Numbered from the stretch's first letter, positions 45,040 through 54,800 are shown. The stretch: 64,000 nt of DNA from Candidatus Amesbacteria bacterium RIFCSPLOWO2_01_FULL_48_25 (GCA_001773695.1 MEXN01000005.1:67687-131686), one strand, 5' to 3'. Numbers and translations are program-made. The notes: generated by a model not told the origin, from the letters alone.

Positions 45040-45684
45040 TCAAGGAGATTGTACCAGATGGATCAGGCGGGCAGTAAGGGTATTGGCCGTGGCGCTTTCG
45101 GTACCCACGACGACAATTTTGGAGTTTACTTTGACGTCGGAAGCTTTGGCCTGCCTGCCGGCAGGCAGGATTTGCCCAGTGTATTTGGTGGCGGAAGTGA
45201 GTTTTATGGTCAGGGTCTGGTTTTTGTTATCGGTTACAGTGAGTTGGGAAGTCGTAACTTTAGTGATGTTTGTGAAGATGGCGCGGCGTTTGTCCGCCCG
45301 GGGAGTGGGAACGACCAGGAGGCGTTTGGCGGTCAGTTTGCCTTCGGCGTCGGCGTCACCCATTGCCAAAACGGTAGTGCCTTCTTTGAGGTCTGCAATG
45401 GTGCCGTCCTTACCACCGGTTAACTTGATGATTGAGTCGGTGGTGACGGTTATGGTTCTGGTAGCGTTGCCTGTGGTAGTCAGGGTGAGGGTGGCGTCGG
45501 ACTTGGAAGAGATAGTACCCAGGTAGGCACGTTTGGAAATTGCCTGTTTAATGAGGTTTAGCTCCTCGTCAACTTTCTTTTTGATGGAGTCACGGATGCC
45601 GCTGTCGGTGGCGGTTGGGGATTGGGCAGCAATTAGAGCAGGAGAGTTTAAGAGTAGGAGAGCTAGAGCCAGGAGAGTTTTCAT
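45040..45684 (-). CDS. Hypothetical secreted beta-rich protein
   Basis: Signal peptide MKTLLALALLLLNSPALIAAQ. Thr-rich repeats. Contains the in-frame type A palindrome, which encodes LPAGRQ. Confidence 0.5.
   Translation of the reverse strand: MKTLLALALLLLNSPALIAAQSPTATDSGIRDSIKKKVDEELNLIKQAISKRAYLGTISSKSDATLTLTTTGNATRTITVTTDSIIKLTGGKDGTIADLKEGTTVLAMGDADAEGKLTAKRLLVVPTPRADKRRAIFTNITKVTTSQLTVTDNKNQTLTIKLTSATKYTGQILPAGRQAKASDVKVNSKIVVVGTESATANTLTARLIHLVQSP
45150..45169. repeat. Perfect 20-bp palindrome CCTGCCTGCCGGCAGGCAGG (type A element) inside a secreted-protein gene
   Basis: Same core and 3' flank as 10102-10119. Confidence 0.8.
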
Positions 45685-45685
45685 T

Positions 45686-46126
45686 TTAGATTTTGCTAGT
45701 GGAGTAAGTAACTAATAGTTTTTGCTCGGTGGAGTTGCCGGAATTGTCAAAAACCACGATACGCAGTTGGTTGTAACCGCCTTCCAATTCGACCTCGGCT
45801 GAAAAGTTACCGGTGGCACTGCTTGTGGTGATCTTCTCCTCGGTTTCGGTGAAGATGACTATTGTTGCAGATGGGGAAGTTTTTCCGGATATAGTGAGAA
45901 CGTTATTATTTGTTAAAAGCTCGTCACTTGGGGAGTCGAGGGTGAGGGACAGTTGAGATGATGGTGCGGGAGCGGGTGAGGGGCCTTCAGCTAGTGGGGA
46001 AGAGGTGGGGGTGGGTTTGGTGGTGGCGGCCTGACGCAAACTTTTATTGGCTGTCCAGATTCCGAAAGTGATGGTAAGGCCTACGGCAAAGCCGATAAGA
46101 ATGGCTAAGATGACCTCCTTTTTCAT
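45686..46126 (-). CDS. Hypothetical membrane-anchored Ig-like protein
   Basis: N-terminal TM helix, a Pro/Ser/Thr linker, and a beta-rich domain. Confidence 0.45.
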   Translation of the reverse strand: MKKEVILAILIGFAVGLTITFGIWTANKSLRQAATTKPTPTSSPLAEGPSPAPAPSSQLSLTLDSPSDELLTNNNVLTISGKTSPSATIVIFTETEEKITTSSATGNFSAEVELEGGYNQLRIVVFDNSGNSTEQKLLVTYSTSKI

Positions 46127-46159
46127 TGTTGGTCTTGAGATTAACAGCGGAAACTGGTA

Positions 46160-46816
46160 TTGTCAAGAATTGTGGAAATAACTTATTTGGGACACTCAAG
46201 TTTTAGACTGAAGGGTAAGTCGGCTGTAGTGGTGACTGACCCTTATGATGAAAAATGCGGTAAGTACCCTCGTGATATTACGGCGGATATGGTGACAGTT
46301 TCGCACGATCATGGTGACCATAATGCCACGAAATTACTTAGTTCATCGTTTATTGTTCGTGGTCCTGGGGAATACGAGGTGAAAGGGGTATCTGTTGTTG
46401 GAGTACACACTTGGCATGATGATAAAAACGGAGTGGAGAGGGGGGCAAACTCGGTTTATGTAATAGAGATTGACGGACTGCGAGTGGCGCACTTGGGAGA
46501 CTTGGGACACAAGTTGGCTCAAGAGCAAATAGATGAAATGGGGCCTGTTGATGTGGTATTGGTTCCAGTGGGCGGGGTATATACCATAGATGCCAAGATT
46601 GCGGCGGAAGTGGTTCGCCAGGTGGATCCGTGGGTGGCGATTCCGATGCATTACCAGCAAGGAGGGTTAGATGCTAAGGTTTTTGGCCAGTTGGGAGGAG
46701 TGGGTGAGTTTTTGAGCGAGATGGGAAAAGGTGAGGTACAGCCGGTAGCAAAGTACGTAATAACAGTTGACAAACTTCCGTCCGAAATGCAGGTAGTTGT
46801 TTTGGAGAGGAAATAG
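46160..46816 (+). CDS. Metallo-beta-lactamase-fold metal-dependent hydrolase (UPF0173-like)
   Basis: ITYLGHSSF and the SHDHGDH metal-binding motif. Confidence 0.7.
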   Translation: MSRIVEITYLGHSSFRLKGKSAVVVTDPYDEKCGKYPRDITADMVTVSHDHGDHNATKLLSSSFIVRGPGEYEVKGVSVVGVHTWHDDKNGVERGANSVYVIEIDGLRVAHLGDLGHKLAQEQIDEMGPVDVVLVPVGGVYTIDAKIAAEVVRQVDPWVAIPMHYQQGGLDAKVFGQLGGVGEFLSEMGKGEVQPVAKYVITVDKLPSEMQVVVLERK

Positions 46817-46831
46817 TATATTTGGGGCAAG

Positions 46832-48151
46832 ATGGCAGAATTAAAAGTGCCGCCGCATTCGATTGAGGCTGAGAAGTCGGTATTGGGGGCGTGTCTTTTG
46901 GATCGGGATGCGGTCGTAGAGGTGGTGGAGTTTTTGCGGCCGGAACACTTTTATGAGGACAAACACGGGAAGATATTTGAGTCGATAGTGGATTTATACC
47001 AGGCTCGTGAGCCAGTAGACGTGGTGTCCGTGGCGGAAACGCTGAAGAAGAAAAAGGCCTTGACGGCAGTCGGCGGGCAGGCGTATCTGACCGAACTGGT
47101 AAATAATGTGCCGACGGCGGCTCACGCCCAGCATTACGGACAACTGGTGCGGGACCATTTTACGAAGCGGCAGTTGATCTCGTCCGCTGCTCAGATTTCG
47201 GACATGTCGTTCGACGCATCTGCCGATGTGAAGCAGATTTTGGATACTGCCGAACAGAAAGTGTTTTCGCTGTCCCAGCAACATTTAAAGCAAGTGTTTG
47301 TGCCGGTTAAGGAAATTTTGTCCGAGTCATTTGATCGGCTGGACGAGCTGCATAAAACTGCTGGGGCGCTACGAGGAGTGCCGACGGGATTTTCTGATTT
47401 GGATGATACATTGGCTGGAATGCAGGATTCAAACCTTCTTATTCTGGCTGCCAGGCCAGGGGTGGGGAAGACGGCATTGGCTCTGAATATTGCTCAAAAC
47501 GCCGCATTTGGGTATAAGCAGCCGGTTGGATTTTTCTCACTTGAAATGAGCCGGGAGGAGTTGATGGATCGACTTTTGGTATCCCAGGCGGAAATTGACG
47601 CTTGGAAAATGAAAACAGGAAATTTGGAGGAAGGAGAATTTGACCGGTTGTCCCGGGCAATGGGGGAGCTATATGAGACACCGCTTTTTATAGATGATAC
47701 GCCGGGGGCGTCGATATTGGAGATGAGGACCAAGGCCAGACGACTACAGGCGGAGCACGGATTGAGGCTGGTCATTGTTGATTACTTGCAGCTAGCCCGA
47801 CCGGTTCGGAATTTGGATAATAGGGTGCAGGAAGTATCGGAAATTTCCCAGGGATTAAAAAATTTGGCTCGGGAACTCAAAGTGCCAGTACTGGCTTTGT
47901 CCCAATTGTCCAGGCAGGTGGAGTCCCGCGGGGTGAAAAGACCCCAGCTAGCTGATCTAAGGGAGTCGGGAGCGATTGAGCAGGATGCGGACGTGGTGAT
48001 GTTCATGTGGCGGGAAAACGATGAGGATTTGGAAAATATGACTTTGGATATTGCCAAACACAGAAACGGTCCACTACGCTCTCTTAAACTGCGCTTCCGT
48101 GGCGACAGGATCAAGTTTTATGGAGTGGAGGGGAAGAGGAAGGGGGAGTAA
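46832..48151 (+). CDS. dnaB: Replicative DNA helicase
   Basis: N-terminal PPHSIEAEKSVLGACL, Walker A ARPGVGKTALALNIA, Walker B LVIVDYLQL, and the arginine finger region. Its last 39 bp are duplicated at 48827-48865. Confidence 0.9.
   Translation: MAELKVPPHSIEAEKSVLGACLLDRDAVVEVVEFLRPEHFYEDKHGKIFESIVDLYQAREPVDVVSVAETLKKKKALTAVGGQAYLTELVNNVPTAAHAQHYGQLVRDHFTKRQLISSAAQISDMSFDASADVKQILDTAEQKVFSLSQQHLKQVFVPVKEILSESFDRLDELHKTAGALRGVPTGFSDLDDTLAGMQDSNLLILAARPGVGKTALALNIAQNAAFGYKQPVGFFSLEMSREELMDRLLVSQAEIDAWKMKTGNLEEGEFDRLSRAMGELYETPLFIDDTPGASILEMRTKARRLQAEHGLRLVIVDYLQLARPVRNLDNRVQEVSEISQGLKNLARELKVPVLALSQLSRQVESRGVKRPQLADLRESGAIEQDADVVMFMWRENDEDLENMTLDIAKHRNGPLRSLKLRFRGDRIKFYGVEGKRKGE
48113..48151. 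repeat. Direct repeat copy 1 (39 bp, the dnaB 3' end: AAGTTTTATGGAGTGGAGGGGAAGAGGAAGGGGGAGTAA)
   Basis: Matches 48827-48865 at 37 of 39 positions. Confidence 0.9.
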
Positions 48152-48164
48152 TTATTTGTCACCA

Positions 48165-48201
48165 TTGACAGGGTATGAAAGTATGATAGTATGAAAGTAT
48201 G
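48165..48201 (+). promoter_or_regulatory. Promoter/operator of the inserted TA cassette: TTGACA (48165-48170) -16- TAGTAT (48187-48192), with direct repeats GTATGAAAGTATG at 48173-48185 and 48189-48201
   Basis: Shares TTGACAGGGTA...TAGTAT-6nt-ATG geometry with the promoter at 18115-18150. Confidence 0.45.
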
Positions 48202-48441
48202 GATGATGTGATAGTAATGCTCCAACCCAGGGGACAGATAACGGTACCTAGGAGATTCAGGGTCAAATATGGTTTTGGTCAGGGCCCGGTAAGGGTGAGG
48301 GATGTGGGTGGTGGGGTGATGATAGAACCAGTGACGATTTTGAAATATCGAGTGAGAAGATATAGCGATCAGGAAGTGGACGAGTTTTTGAAGCTGGACG
48401 AAAAGGAAAGTCGGGAGCTGAAAAATGCGGGTATTATTTAA
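48199..48441 (+). CDS. AbrB/SpoVT-family antitoxin
   Basis: PRGQITVPRRFRVKYGF...VRV matches the swapped-hairpin motif. It overlaps the toxin start. Confidence 0.65.
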   Translation: MDDVIVMLQPRGQITVPRRFRVKYGFGQGPVRVRDVGGGVMIEPVTILKYRVRRYSDQEVDEFLKLDEKESRELKNAGII

Positions 48442-48865
48442 CGCCTCGGTAATTATTGCCGGGGTTGGTTCTCCGGCCGGAGGGTCTGGGGCGGCTTTAG
48501 AATTGGCAAAGCGAGGTAAGATCGTGGGGATTGTATCTGAACTTATTGTGAATGAAGTGGTAAGTCACGCCGGAAAGGTGAAAAAGGACGAAGTGGAAAT
48601 GCAAGCGATAGTTGTGGAGACTTTTCGTGAAGTAACTCTCGCTCCGAGTAAGTCGCAGGTTGAAAAACAAGCTGTTCATGTGACGGATCCCGGGGATGCT
48701 CATATTTTGGCGACCTACATGAATGAAAAATGCGACCTGCTTATCACTTTGGACAAGAAACACCTGTTGGTTTTGCAGGGTAAGTTAAAGGGGGTGGAGA
48801 TTTTGACCCCCGGCCAGCTTATTGGGAAGTTTTATAGAGTGGAGGGGAAGAGGAAGGGGGAGTAG
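48425..48865 (+). CDS. PIN-family toxin-like protein
   Basis: 146-aa ORF with acidic residues placed for a PIN-like fold (LFNASVII, DAHILAT, LITLDKK). Its C-terminal 13 residues are a copy of the DnaB tail. Confidence 0.55.
   Translation: MRVLFNASVIIAGVGSPAGGSGAALELAKRGKIVGIVSELIVNEVVSHAGKVKKDEVEMQAIVVETFREVTLAPSKSQVEKQAVHVTDPGDAHILATYMNEKCDLLITLDKKHLLVLQGKLKGVEILTPGQLIGKFYRVEGKRKGE
48827..48865. repeat. Direct repeat copy 2 (39 bp), immediately abutting the tRNA-Leu 3' end
   Basis: AAGTTTTATAGAGTGGAGGGGAAGAGGAAGGGGGAGTAG. Confidence 0.9.
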
Positions 48866-48950
48866 TGCCGGGGGAGGGACTCGAACCCACACGAGCGTTT
48901 CGGCTCACTGGTTTTTGAGACCAGCCTGTCTACCATTCCAGCACCCCGGC
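48866..48950 (-). tRNA. tRNA-Leu (anticodon CAA), class II with a long variable arm, no encoded CCA
   Basis: Folded by hand: a 7-bp acceptor stem (GCCGGGG/CCCCGGC) with discriminator A, a 3-bp D stem, the anticodon stem CUGGU/ACCAG with loop CUCAAAA, a variable arm GAGC-CGAAAC-GCUC, and the T arm GUGGG-UUCGAGU-CCCUC with one U-U mismatch. Confidence 0.8.
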
Positions 48951-49167
48951 CGATATTGCTTATTTTAGCTTTTGGGGCGTAAAATTGCCAGGTTATGAGA
49001 GAACGAGAAGTTGTGACAAGAAGACTTGATATATTGCCCGTTGGGTTTGGGTTGGGTATAGCTTTTGTTGCTAAGGGTGAGACATGGCTGGTCAGAGTGA
49101 CTAAAAATGAGGGGGTGAGTTACATTCGGAGATTAATGAATGCGGATGCGGGAGAGGTGAAGAAAAA

Positions 49168-49725
49168 ATGATCGGGGTGCAGGATATTAGGAATGGGACG
49201 GCGTTTCTTTTGGATGGGCAACCATGGGTGGGCCTTAAATACGAGCACATCAAAATGGGCCGGGGGTCGGCAACGATTAAGATCAAGATGCGGAATTTGT
49301 TGACCGGGGCGATTGTGGAAAAAGCGTTTATCAATTCAGCTCGGGTAGAGGAGATTAATTTGGCGAGAAAGCCGATGCAATACCTGTACAAGGACCAGGG
49401 GTATGTATTCATGGATCCCAGAACATATGAACAGGTGGTTCTTCCGGCAGATGTGGTGGCTGAGTCGCTGGGTTATTTGAAAGAGGGAATAGTAGTCAAC
49501 GTTTTGTTTTGGGATGAGCGGGCGCTCCTGTTGGAACTACCGCCAAAAATGTCATTTACTGTCGTGGAGTGCGACCCGGGGATAAAGGGTAACTCTGTGG
49601 CCAACCTGTATAAACAAGCGCTTTTGGATAACGGGATGAGTGTGAGGGTGCCGCTTTTTATTGAGGTGGGGGACGGAGTGGTAATTGATACGCGTGATGG
49701 AAGTTATGCGGAGAGAGTGAAATAA
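49168..49725 (+). CDS. efp: Elongation factor P
   Basis: 185 aa with three OB-like domains (KMGRGSA...IKMRNL). Preceded by an SD-like GGAGAGGTG. Confidence 0.9.
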   Translation: MIGVQDIRNGTAFLLDGQPWVGLKYEHIKMGRGSATIKIKMRNLLTGAIVEKAFINSARVEEINLARKPMQYLYKDQGYVFMDPRTYEQVVLPADVVAESLGYLKEGIVVNVLFWDERALLLELPPKMSFTVVECDPGIKGNSVANLYKQALLDNGMSVRVPLFIEVGDGVVIDTRDGSYAERVK

Positions 49726-50402
49726 TGGATAAGTTGGCGAGTTTAACAATTGTACAGTCGATTAGTAGTGTTGCGGGGGTTTTTGCTGGGGGATTTTGGG
49801 TGTGGAAGAGGATGCGGGCAGAATATGAAAGTGAAAAAATATTGTCACTTCTGGCCAGAGTAATAGTTGGAGCGATAGTTTTTGGAGGTGTGAGCTACTT
49901 TGTGATATATAGAAATTTGGGCGTATGGGTGTGGGGGACGGTTGCTGGGGCCGGGGTAGCTGTGTATTGGTGGTGCGTGAATTCGGAGTGGGACACGTGG
50001 GAGTGGTTGGACGGGTTGACGGCAGGAGGGCTGGTAGTCGGAACTGTAGTGGCGCTGGCGGGGCTTAAGTGGCAGCAGGCGGTAGGATATGGTGTGGGAG
50101 TGGGAGTGGTGGCGGTGTTGGCCGGGGTACATCGGAGATGGCGATGGTATGTGAGTGGGAAACCCGGGTTGGTGGGTCTAATTGGCTTGATGTGGTTGGG
50201 ATTGGTGCAATTGCTGGTTGCAAACCGCAACAATGACGGTTTATACTGGGGCGGCTTTGAGCTTTCACAGTGGATCGGTTTGTGGGTAGTGGTGGCCTGC
50301 ACTGTGGTAATATATTTGCGTGGGGGACGGAGAGTTACGCAAGATGCGTATAACTTATGGCAAAAGACGAAAATAATAAAAAAAAGAAGTCATCGAGAGT
50401 GA
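49725..50402 (+). CDS. Hypothetical polytopic membrane protein
   Basis: Gly/Val/Trp-rich TM segments. Confidence 0.45.
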   Translation: MDKLASLTIVQSISSVAGVFAGGFWVWKRMRAEYESEKILSLLARVIVGAIVFGGVSYFVIYRNLGVWVWGTVAGAGVAVYWWCVNSEWDTWEWLDGLTAGGLVVGTVVALAGLKWQQAVGYGVGVGVVAVLAGVHRRWRWYVSGKPGLVGLIGLMWLGLVQLLVANRNNDGLYWGGFELSQWIGLWVVVACTVVIYLRGGRRVTQDAYNLWQKTKIIKKRSHRE

Positions 50403-50761
50403 TCAGATACCCTTGGGAGGTGCTGGAGCCGGTGAGGAGATATTTGGGAGAGAGGCTGGCTACGCTGGAGAAAAGAAAGAGGGCGGTTTCTGAGGCGGAT
50501 CCGTTTCGGGATAAGAGCAGACTGGATGACAACGCGGCTATTGATGCAGATGCGGCGGAACAAGTGGGGCATATGCAGGCGTCGGCCATTCGCCAAGTGC
50601 TCGACCGGAGTATTATCCAGGTAAGAAAGGCTATGTCTATGATGAAGATTGGTAAGTATGGTGTGTGTGAGAATTGCGGGAAAATGATAGACACCGACCG
50701 GTTGATGGTTATGCCGGAAACGACCTTGTGTGTGGGCTGTGAGAAAAAGAGAGAGAAATGA
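50357..50761 (+). CDS. DksA/TraR-family C4 zinc-finger protein
   Basis: C-terminal CENCGKMIDTDRL...CVGC is a four-Cys zinc finger after a helical region. The start may be internal. Confidence 0.6.
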   Translation: MAKDENNKKKKSSRVIRYPWEVLEPVRRYLGERLATLEKRKRAVSEADPFRDKSRLDDNAAIDADAAEQVGHMQASAIRQVLDRSIIQVRKAMSMMKIGKYGVCENCGKMIDTDRLMVMPETTLCVGCEKKREK

Positions 50762-51462
50762 AGATAATTTTTGAAGATGAATGGATCTGCGTGGTGGACA
50801 AGCCGGCGGGGGTAATAGTGAATGATTCGCACACATCCGGCGATACATTACAAAGCTGGTTTGCAAAAAAAAATAAGATTGAGAGGGACGACACGGAATT
50901 TGGTTCTAAGCAAGGCGTGGTGCACCGGTTGGATAAAGACACCAGTGGAGTAATGATATTGGCCAAAACCCCAGCGGCTTACGAAAAAATGAAATATCAG
51001 TTTCTCGAGAGAAAAGTTGTGAAAGTATATTTGGCTTTGGTGCATGGGATTATGAATGAGAGAGAGGGGATTGTGAGCATGCCTGTTGTTAGGAACCCTA
51101 AAAATAAAATGAAATTCACAGTCGGAAATGATCTATCCCGGACGGCAGTCACGCAGTGGAGAGAGATTCATAGGTACAAGGGCATAGGGGAGCAGAGCTT
51201 TAGTCTGTTGGAGATAAGACCGATGACGGGAAGGACTCACCAAATTAGAGTACATCTGAAGCATTTGGGTCACCAAATCGTGGGAGATCCCATTTATGGA
51301 GGGAAACGGTATAGAGAGGATGTGGCGTGGTGTCCCAGATTGTTTTTACATGCCAAGTCCTTGGGATTTGTACATCCGGGTACTGGTGAGGAAGTTGAAT
51401 TTGAGGCGCGGATCCCTGCGGCGCTTGAGAGGGTGTTGGCAAACTTGGTACACTTGAACTAA
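50758..51462 (+). CDS. rluA: RluA-family pseudouridine synthase
   Basis: Catalytic HRLDKDTSG motif and RTHQIRVHL. Confidence 0.8.
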   Translation: MKIIFEDEWICVVDKPAGVIVNDSHTSGDTLQSWFAKKNKIERDDTEFGSKQGVVHRLDKDTSGVMILAKTPAAYEKMKYQFLERKVVKVYLALVHGIMNEREGIVSMPVVRNPKNKMKFTVGNDLSRTAVTQWREIHRYKGIGEQSFSLLEIRPMTGRTHQIRVHLKHLGHQIVGDPIYGGKRYREDVAWCPRLFLHAKSLGFVHPGTGEEVEFEARIPAALERVLANLVHLN

Positions 51463-53162
51463 TGGCGTACGAATCGATAGGGGTTTTGGCGGGGGTGTTG
51501 ATACTTTCCGCAGTCGGGGGGGCGTTGGCTAGATGGATGAGACTGCCTGTTATAACTGGCTATATTTTGGTGGGGGTGATGGTGGGATGGATAGGATGGG
51601 CGGCAAATCCTGGGGTTCGAAATTTACTGGGACTGATGGGGCAAATGGGAGTGATGTTCCTGCTGTTTTTGGTGGGATTGGAGTTGCCCGTGTCTCAGGT
51701 GAAGAAGATGGGGAGAGCGGCACTTTTATCTGGAGTGGGACAGATAGCAGTAACTTCGGGTTTGGGATTCTTTTTGTCCCGCCTTTTGGGGTTTGGGATA
51801 GCAGCGGCTTTGTATTTGGGAGTAGCACTGACGTTTAGCAGCACGATAATAATAGTAAAGCTGCTTTCGGAGAAGAGGGAATTGAATAGCTTGCATGGGC
51901 GGATTGCCGTGGGATCGCTTCTGGTACAGGATTTTGTGGCCATAGGTATTTTGATTGTGCTTTCCGGGGTGGGCAGATTTGACGGTGTGGGAGTGGCGGC
52001 TTTGTTAATAAAAGGGACGGCAGCGGTAGCAATTGGTCTGGGTCTGGCTGACAAAGTTTTGCCGTGGGTGGCTCGGAAGTTGTCAACTTCGGTTGAGGTG
52101 TTGTTTATTTTTTCTATTGCCTGGTGCTTGGCTGTCGCTTGGGTGGCGGCATCCAAGTGGGTGGGTTTGTCACTTGAGATCGGAGGGTTTTTGGCGGGAT
52201 TATCGCTCGCTCATGCTGCGGCTCATTTTCAAATCACGGCCCGGATTCGTCCCCTGAGGGATTTTTTCCTGACTCTATTTTTTGTGGTACTGGGGACTCA
52301 AGTAAGTTTGGAGTCTTTGGGATCTGTTTGGTGGCCGGCTATGGTACTGGCACTTTATGTGATGGTCGGGAACCCGTTGATAATGGTGTGGGTTTTGACC
52401 GGGTTGGGCTATGGTAAACGGACTGCGTTTTTGGCCGGAATAACTATGGGTCAGATCTCGGAATTTTCCCTGGTGGTAGTGGCGGCGGCTGTCGCGGCCG
52501 GACAAGTGCCGCGGGAAGTAATAGGGGTTGTGACCGTGGTAGGGCTGGTTACGATGACGACAGGTAGTTATGTGGTGGCAAATTCCGAGAAAGTTTATAG
52601 AAGAATAAGTAAGTACTTGCCGGTTTGGCCAGGGAAGGGCAAAAAACAATCGCCTCTTGAACTTTCGGGGGAGGAGCTAGTTGGACACGCAATCCTTTTT
52701 GGCCATAGTCGAACTGGATCGAGTTTGGGCAAATCTTTGGCCACATTTGGGAGATTGGTTGTCGTTGATTTTGATCCGGTGGTGGTGGAGAAGGCCAAGA
52801 GTGAGGGGTTGGACGCGATCTTTGGGGACATGTCCGACCCGGAATTGTATGAAAGTTTGGGGTTGGATAGGGCTAGTGTGGTGGTGTCGACAGTGCCGGA
52901 TTTGAGTGATACCCTGCAACTACTTAGGGTACTGCGCCCGGAGGGAAAAAGGGGAGGGAAGAAGCAGCTGGTGATAGTGACGGCCGTTGACAGCGGGGAC
53001 GCGAAAGAGTTGTACAGGGCGGGTGCGGATTATGTGTTGGTGCCGCATAGCGTGGGCGGGGATTTTCTGGCGCAGATATTGGACCGTCACAAGCGGGATA
53101 TGGAGTACGTGGTGAACTATGGCAAGTTACATTGGAATTGGTTGGTGGCAAATGCGGTTTAG
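51462..53162 (+). CDS. Monovalent cation:proton antiporter (CPA2/Kef-type) with a C-terminal RCK/TrkA-N domain
   Basis: About 12 TM helices, then a Rossmann-like domain (GHAILFGHSRTGSSLGKSL). Confidence 0.75.
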   Translation: MAYESIGVLAGVLILSAVGGALARWMRLPVITGYILVGVMVGWIGWAANPGVRNLLGLMGQMGVMFLLFLVGLELPVSQVKKMGRAALLSGVGQIAVTSGLGFFLSRLLGFGIAAALYLGVALTFSSTIIIVKLLSEKRELNSLHGRIAVGSLLVQDFVAIGILIVLSGVGRFDGVGVAALLIKGTAAVAIGLGLADKVLPWVARKLSTSVEVLFIFSIAWCLAVAWVAASKWVGLSLEIGGFLAGLSLAHAAAHFQITARIRPLRDFFLTLFFVVLGTQVSLESLGSVWWPAMVLALYVMVGNPLIMVWVLTGLGYGKRTAFLAGITMGQISEFSLVVVAAAVAAGQVPREVIGVVTVVGLVTMTTGSYVVANSEKVYRRISKYLPVWPGKGKKQSPLELSGEELVGHAILFGHSRTGSSLGKSLATFGRLVVVDFDPVVVEKAKSEGLDAIFGDMSDPELYESLGLDRASVVVSTVPDLSDTLQLLRVLRPEGKRGGKKQLVIVTAVDSGDAKELYRAGADYVLVPHSVGGDFLAQILDRHKRDMEYVVNYGKLHWNWLVANAV

Positions 53163-53991
53163 GAAGATTTTTGGCGGTTGGATTGTGGTGGGGGGCATTG
53201 TTTGGGCGGGGGTAACAATTGTCGCGGTAACGAGGGGTTATTTGCTTCGGAAATGGGATGGGATGAGCCGATTTACGATTGTTGATATTGGCGATGGAGA
53301 TGAAAGCAGGACAGTGGTCGAAAGTTTTGATCCAGTTTCTAGGAGGGGTGTCAAACTTATCCTGCCCGATAATATGGAAATCGATACAGTAGGAGGGCGG
53401 GGTAAGTGGAGGGTAAAAATGTTGAGTCAGGCACCGTCTTGGTTTGGGGGAAAGAAGTGGGCGGCAGATTCGGTAGCTGATTATATGGGGATAATGTATA
53501 CCGGAGAAAAGACGCTTTTGGGCTGGTGGGATAATTTGGCTTGGTGGAGATGGAGATCTAGGGTAGATTGGCGGGAGAAGGATGTAGCAGACTCGAGTTG
53601 GGTGGAAGAAGTAGTGGCGGCGGACGGAGAGAGAATGTGGCGGTTGGGATTAAATTGGGATGTTGAAGCAAGGGAATTATTTGTATCCGCGGCAATAGTG
53701 GGTGAGAAGTTGAATGTGACCGTGGTGAACACCACAATTACATCCGGTTTGGGAGGACATGCGGCCAGGTCGTTGGAGTCGGCGGGCTTGCGAGTAGGAT
53801 TGGTTAAGTCCGATGAAGATGCGGGTGGGGAGAGATGCAAGATCGTGGCGGGGGGAAATACACTTGATAGCATTGGGGCTAAAAGAATGGTTGGAAATTT
53901 TGGTTGTGGGGCGGAAGTGGGGGAGTTTGGGGAGGGGGAGGTAGAACTGAGGTTGGGTATCAATTATCAGAGATGGTGGTTGGGAATCTAG
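53152..53991 (+). CDS. LytR_C-domain (LCP-like) membrane protein
   Basis: TM helix, then LNVTVVNTTITSGLGGHAARSLESAGLRVG typical of the LytR C-terminal domain. Start taken at MRFRKIF. Confidence 0.5.
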   Translation: MRFRKIFGGWIVVGGIVWAGVTIVAVTRGYLLRKWDGMSRFTIVDIGDGDESRTVVESFDPVSRRGVKLILPDNMEIDTVGGRGKWRVKMLSQAPSWFGGKKWAADSVADYMGIMYTGEKTLLGWWDNLAWWRWRSRVDWREKDVADSSWVEEVVAADGERMWRLGLNWDVEARELFVSAAIVGEKLNVTVVNTTITSGLGGHAARSLESAGLRVGLVKSDEDAGGERCKIVAGGNTLDSIGAKRMVGNFGCGAEVGEFGEGEVELRLGINYQRWWLGI

Positions 53992-54755
53992 GACTCTTCG
54001 CGTGCGGAATCGGCGTCGAAGCGTGATTCGGTATCTTGTTCTTCCGGGGTGGAGACATCCGGTTTTTCGTCGTGAACGAGCTCTGGGGGCGTAAATGCCG
54101 CGTAGGAGAGTTTTTCACTGAGAGGGAATGAGGGAGAATGGCGGAATTTGTGGCTGCGAAAAGTCTCGCGGATGAAAATTTTGAGAGTGGGGGACGATAC
54201 GTGTTCACGAGTATCGACCGATTTGATCCAGGCGTCGTATTTGTTGCCGGCGTTAATCAGCGAGCGCAATCGGGAGGCCAAGTCGTCTGGAAGCCTACCC
54301 AGATATGCATTTTGGGAGGAGACGACGCTGACCAGGTGTCCGCGAGCGACGATTTTTACGGCGTCACCCGGATGGAGAGAGGAAATAACTTTGGGATCTC
54401 CGGGCCGGATAAGAGGAACTGTCTTGGTGACTCCGGGTTCTTCTAGGAATAAAGGGAGGACAGCTGGAGGTGGAGAAGAGCGGATAGGGGAGACTCGGGA
54501 CTTTTTTAATAGTTCGAGGTTTCTGGTGGCTATGGAGTTGAATTTGTCTAATCTGGTGACCTGTGAGTAGATATTTTTGGCTTTGGTTTTTAGTCCGAGT
54601 TCGGTGTATGCCCGGCCGAGACGGTTTAGGGAGTCGATGTCTTTCGGGTTTTGTTTTATGAGCCGAAGATTTGTGGTTACGGCTTGTTTCCAATCAGACT
54701 TTAGAGCGGCATTGATGGCGTCTTGGGGAGTATAGTCCATATTAAACTGTTGCAA
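53988..54755 (-). CDS. Hypothetical TPR-like protein
   Basis: N-terminal helical repeats (AINAALKSDWKQAVTTNLRLIKQNPKDIDSLNRLGRAYTELG). Confidence 0.45.
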   Translation of the reverse strand: MQQFNMDYTPQDAINAALKSDWKQAVTTNLRLIKQNPKDIDSLNRLGRAYTELGLKTKAKNIYSQVTRLDKFNSIATRNLELLKKSRVSPIRSSPPPAVLPLFLEEPGVTKTVPLIRPGDPKVISSLHPGDAVKIVARGHLVSVVSSQNAYLGRLPDDLASRLRSLINAGNKYDAWIKSVDTREHVSSPTLKIFIRETFRSHKFRHSPSFPLSEKLSYAAFTPPELVHDEKPDVSTPEEQDTESRFDADSAREES

Positions 54756-54800
54756 AGTATATGGTGTGTGTGGAGGATGTCAATGGTGTAAAATTGCGCT

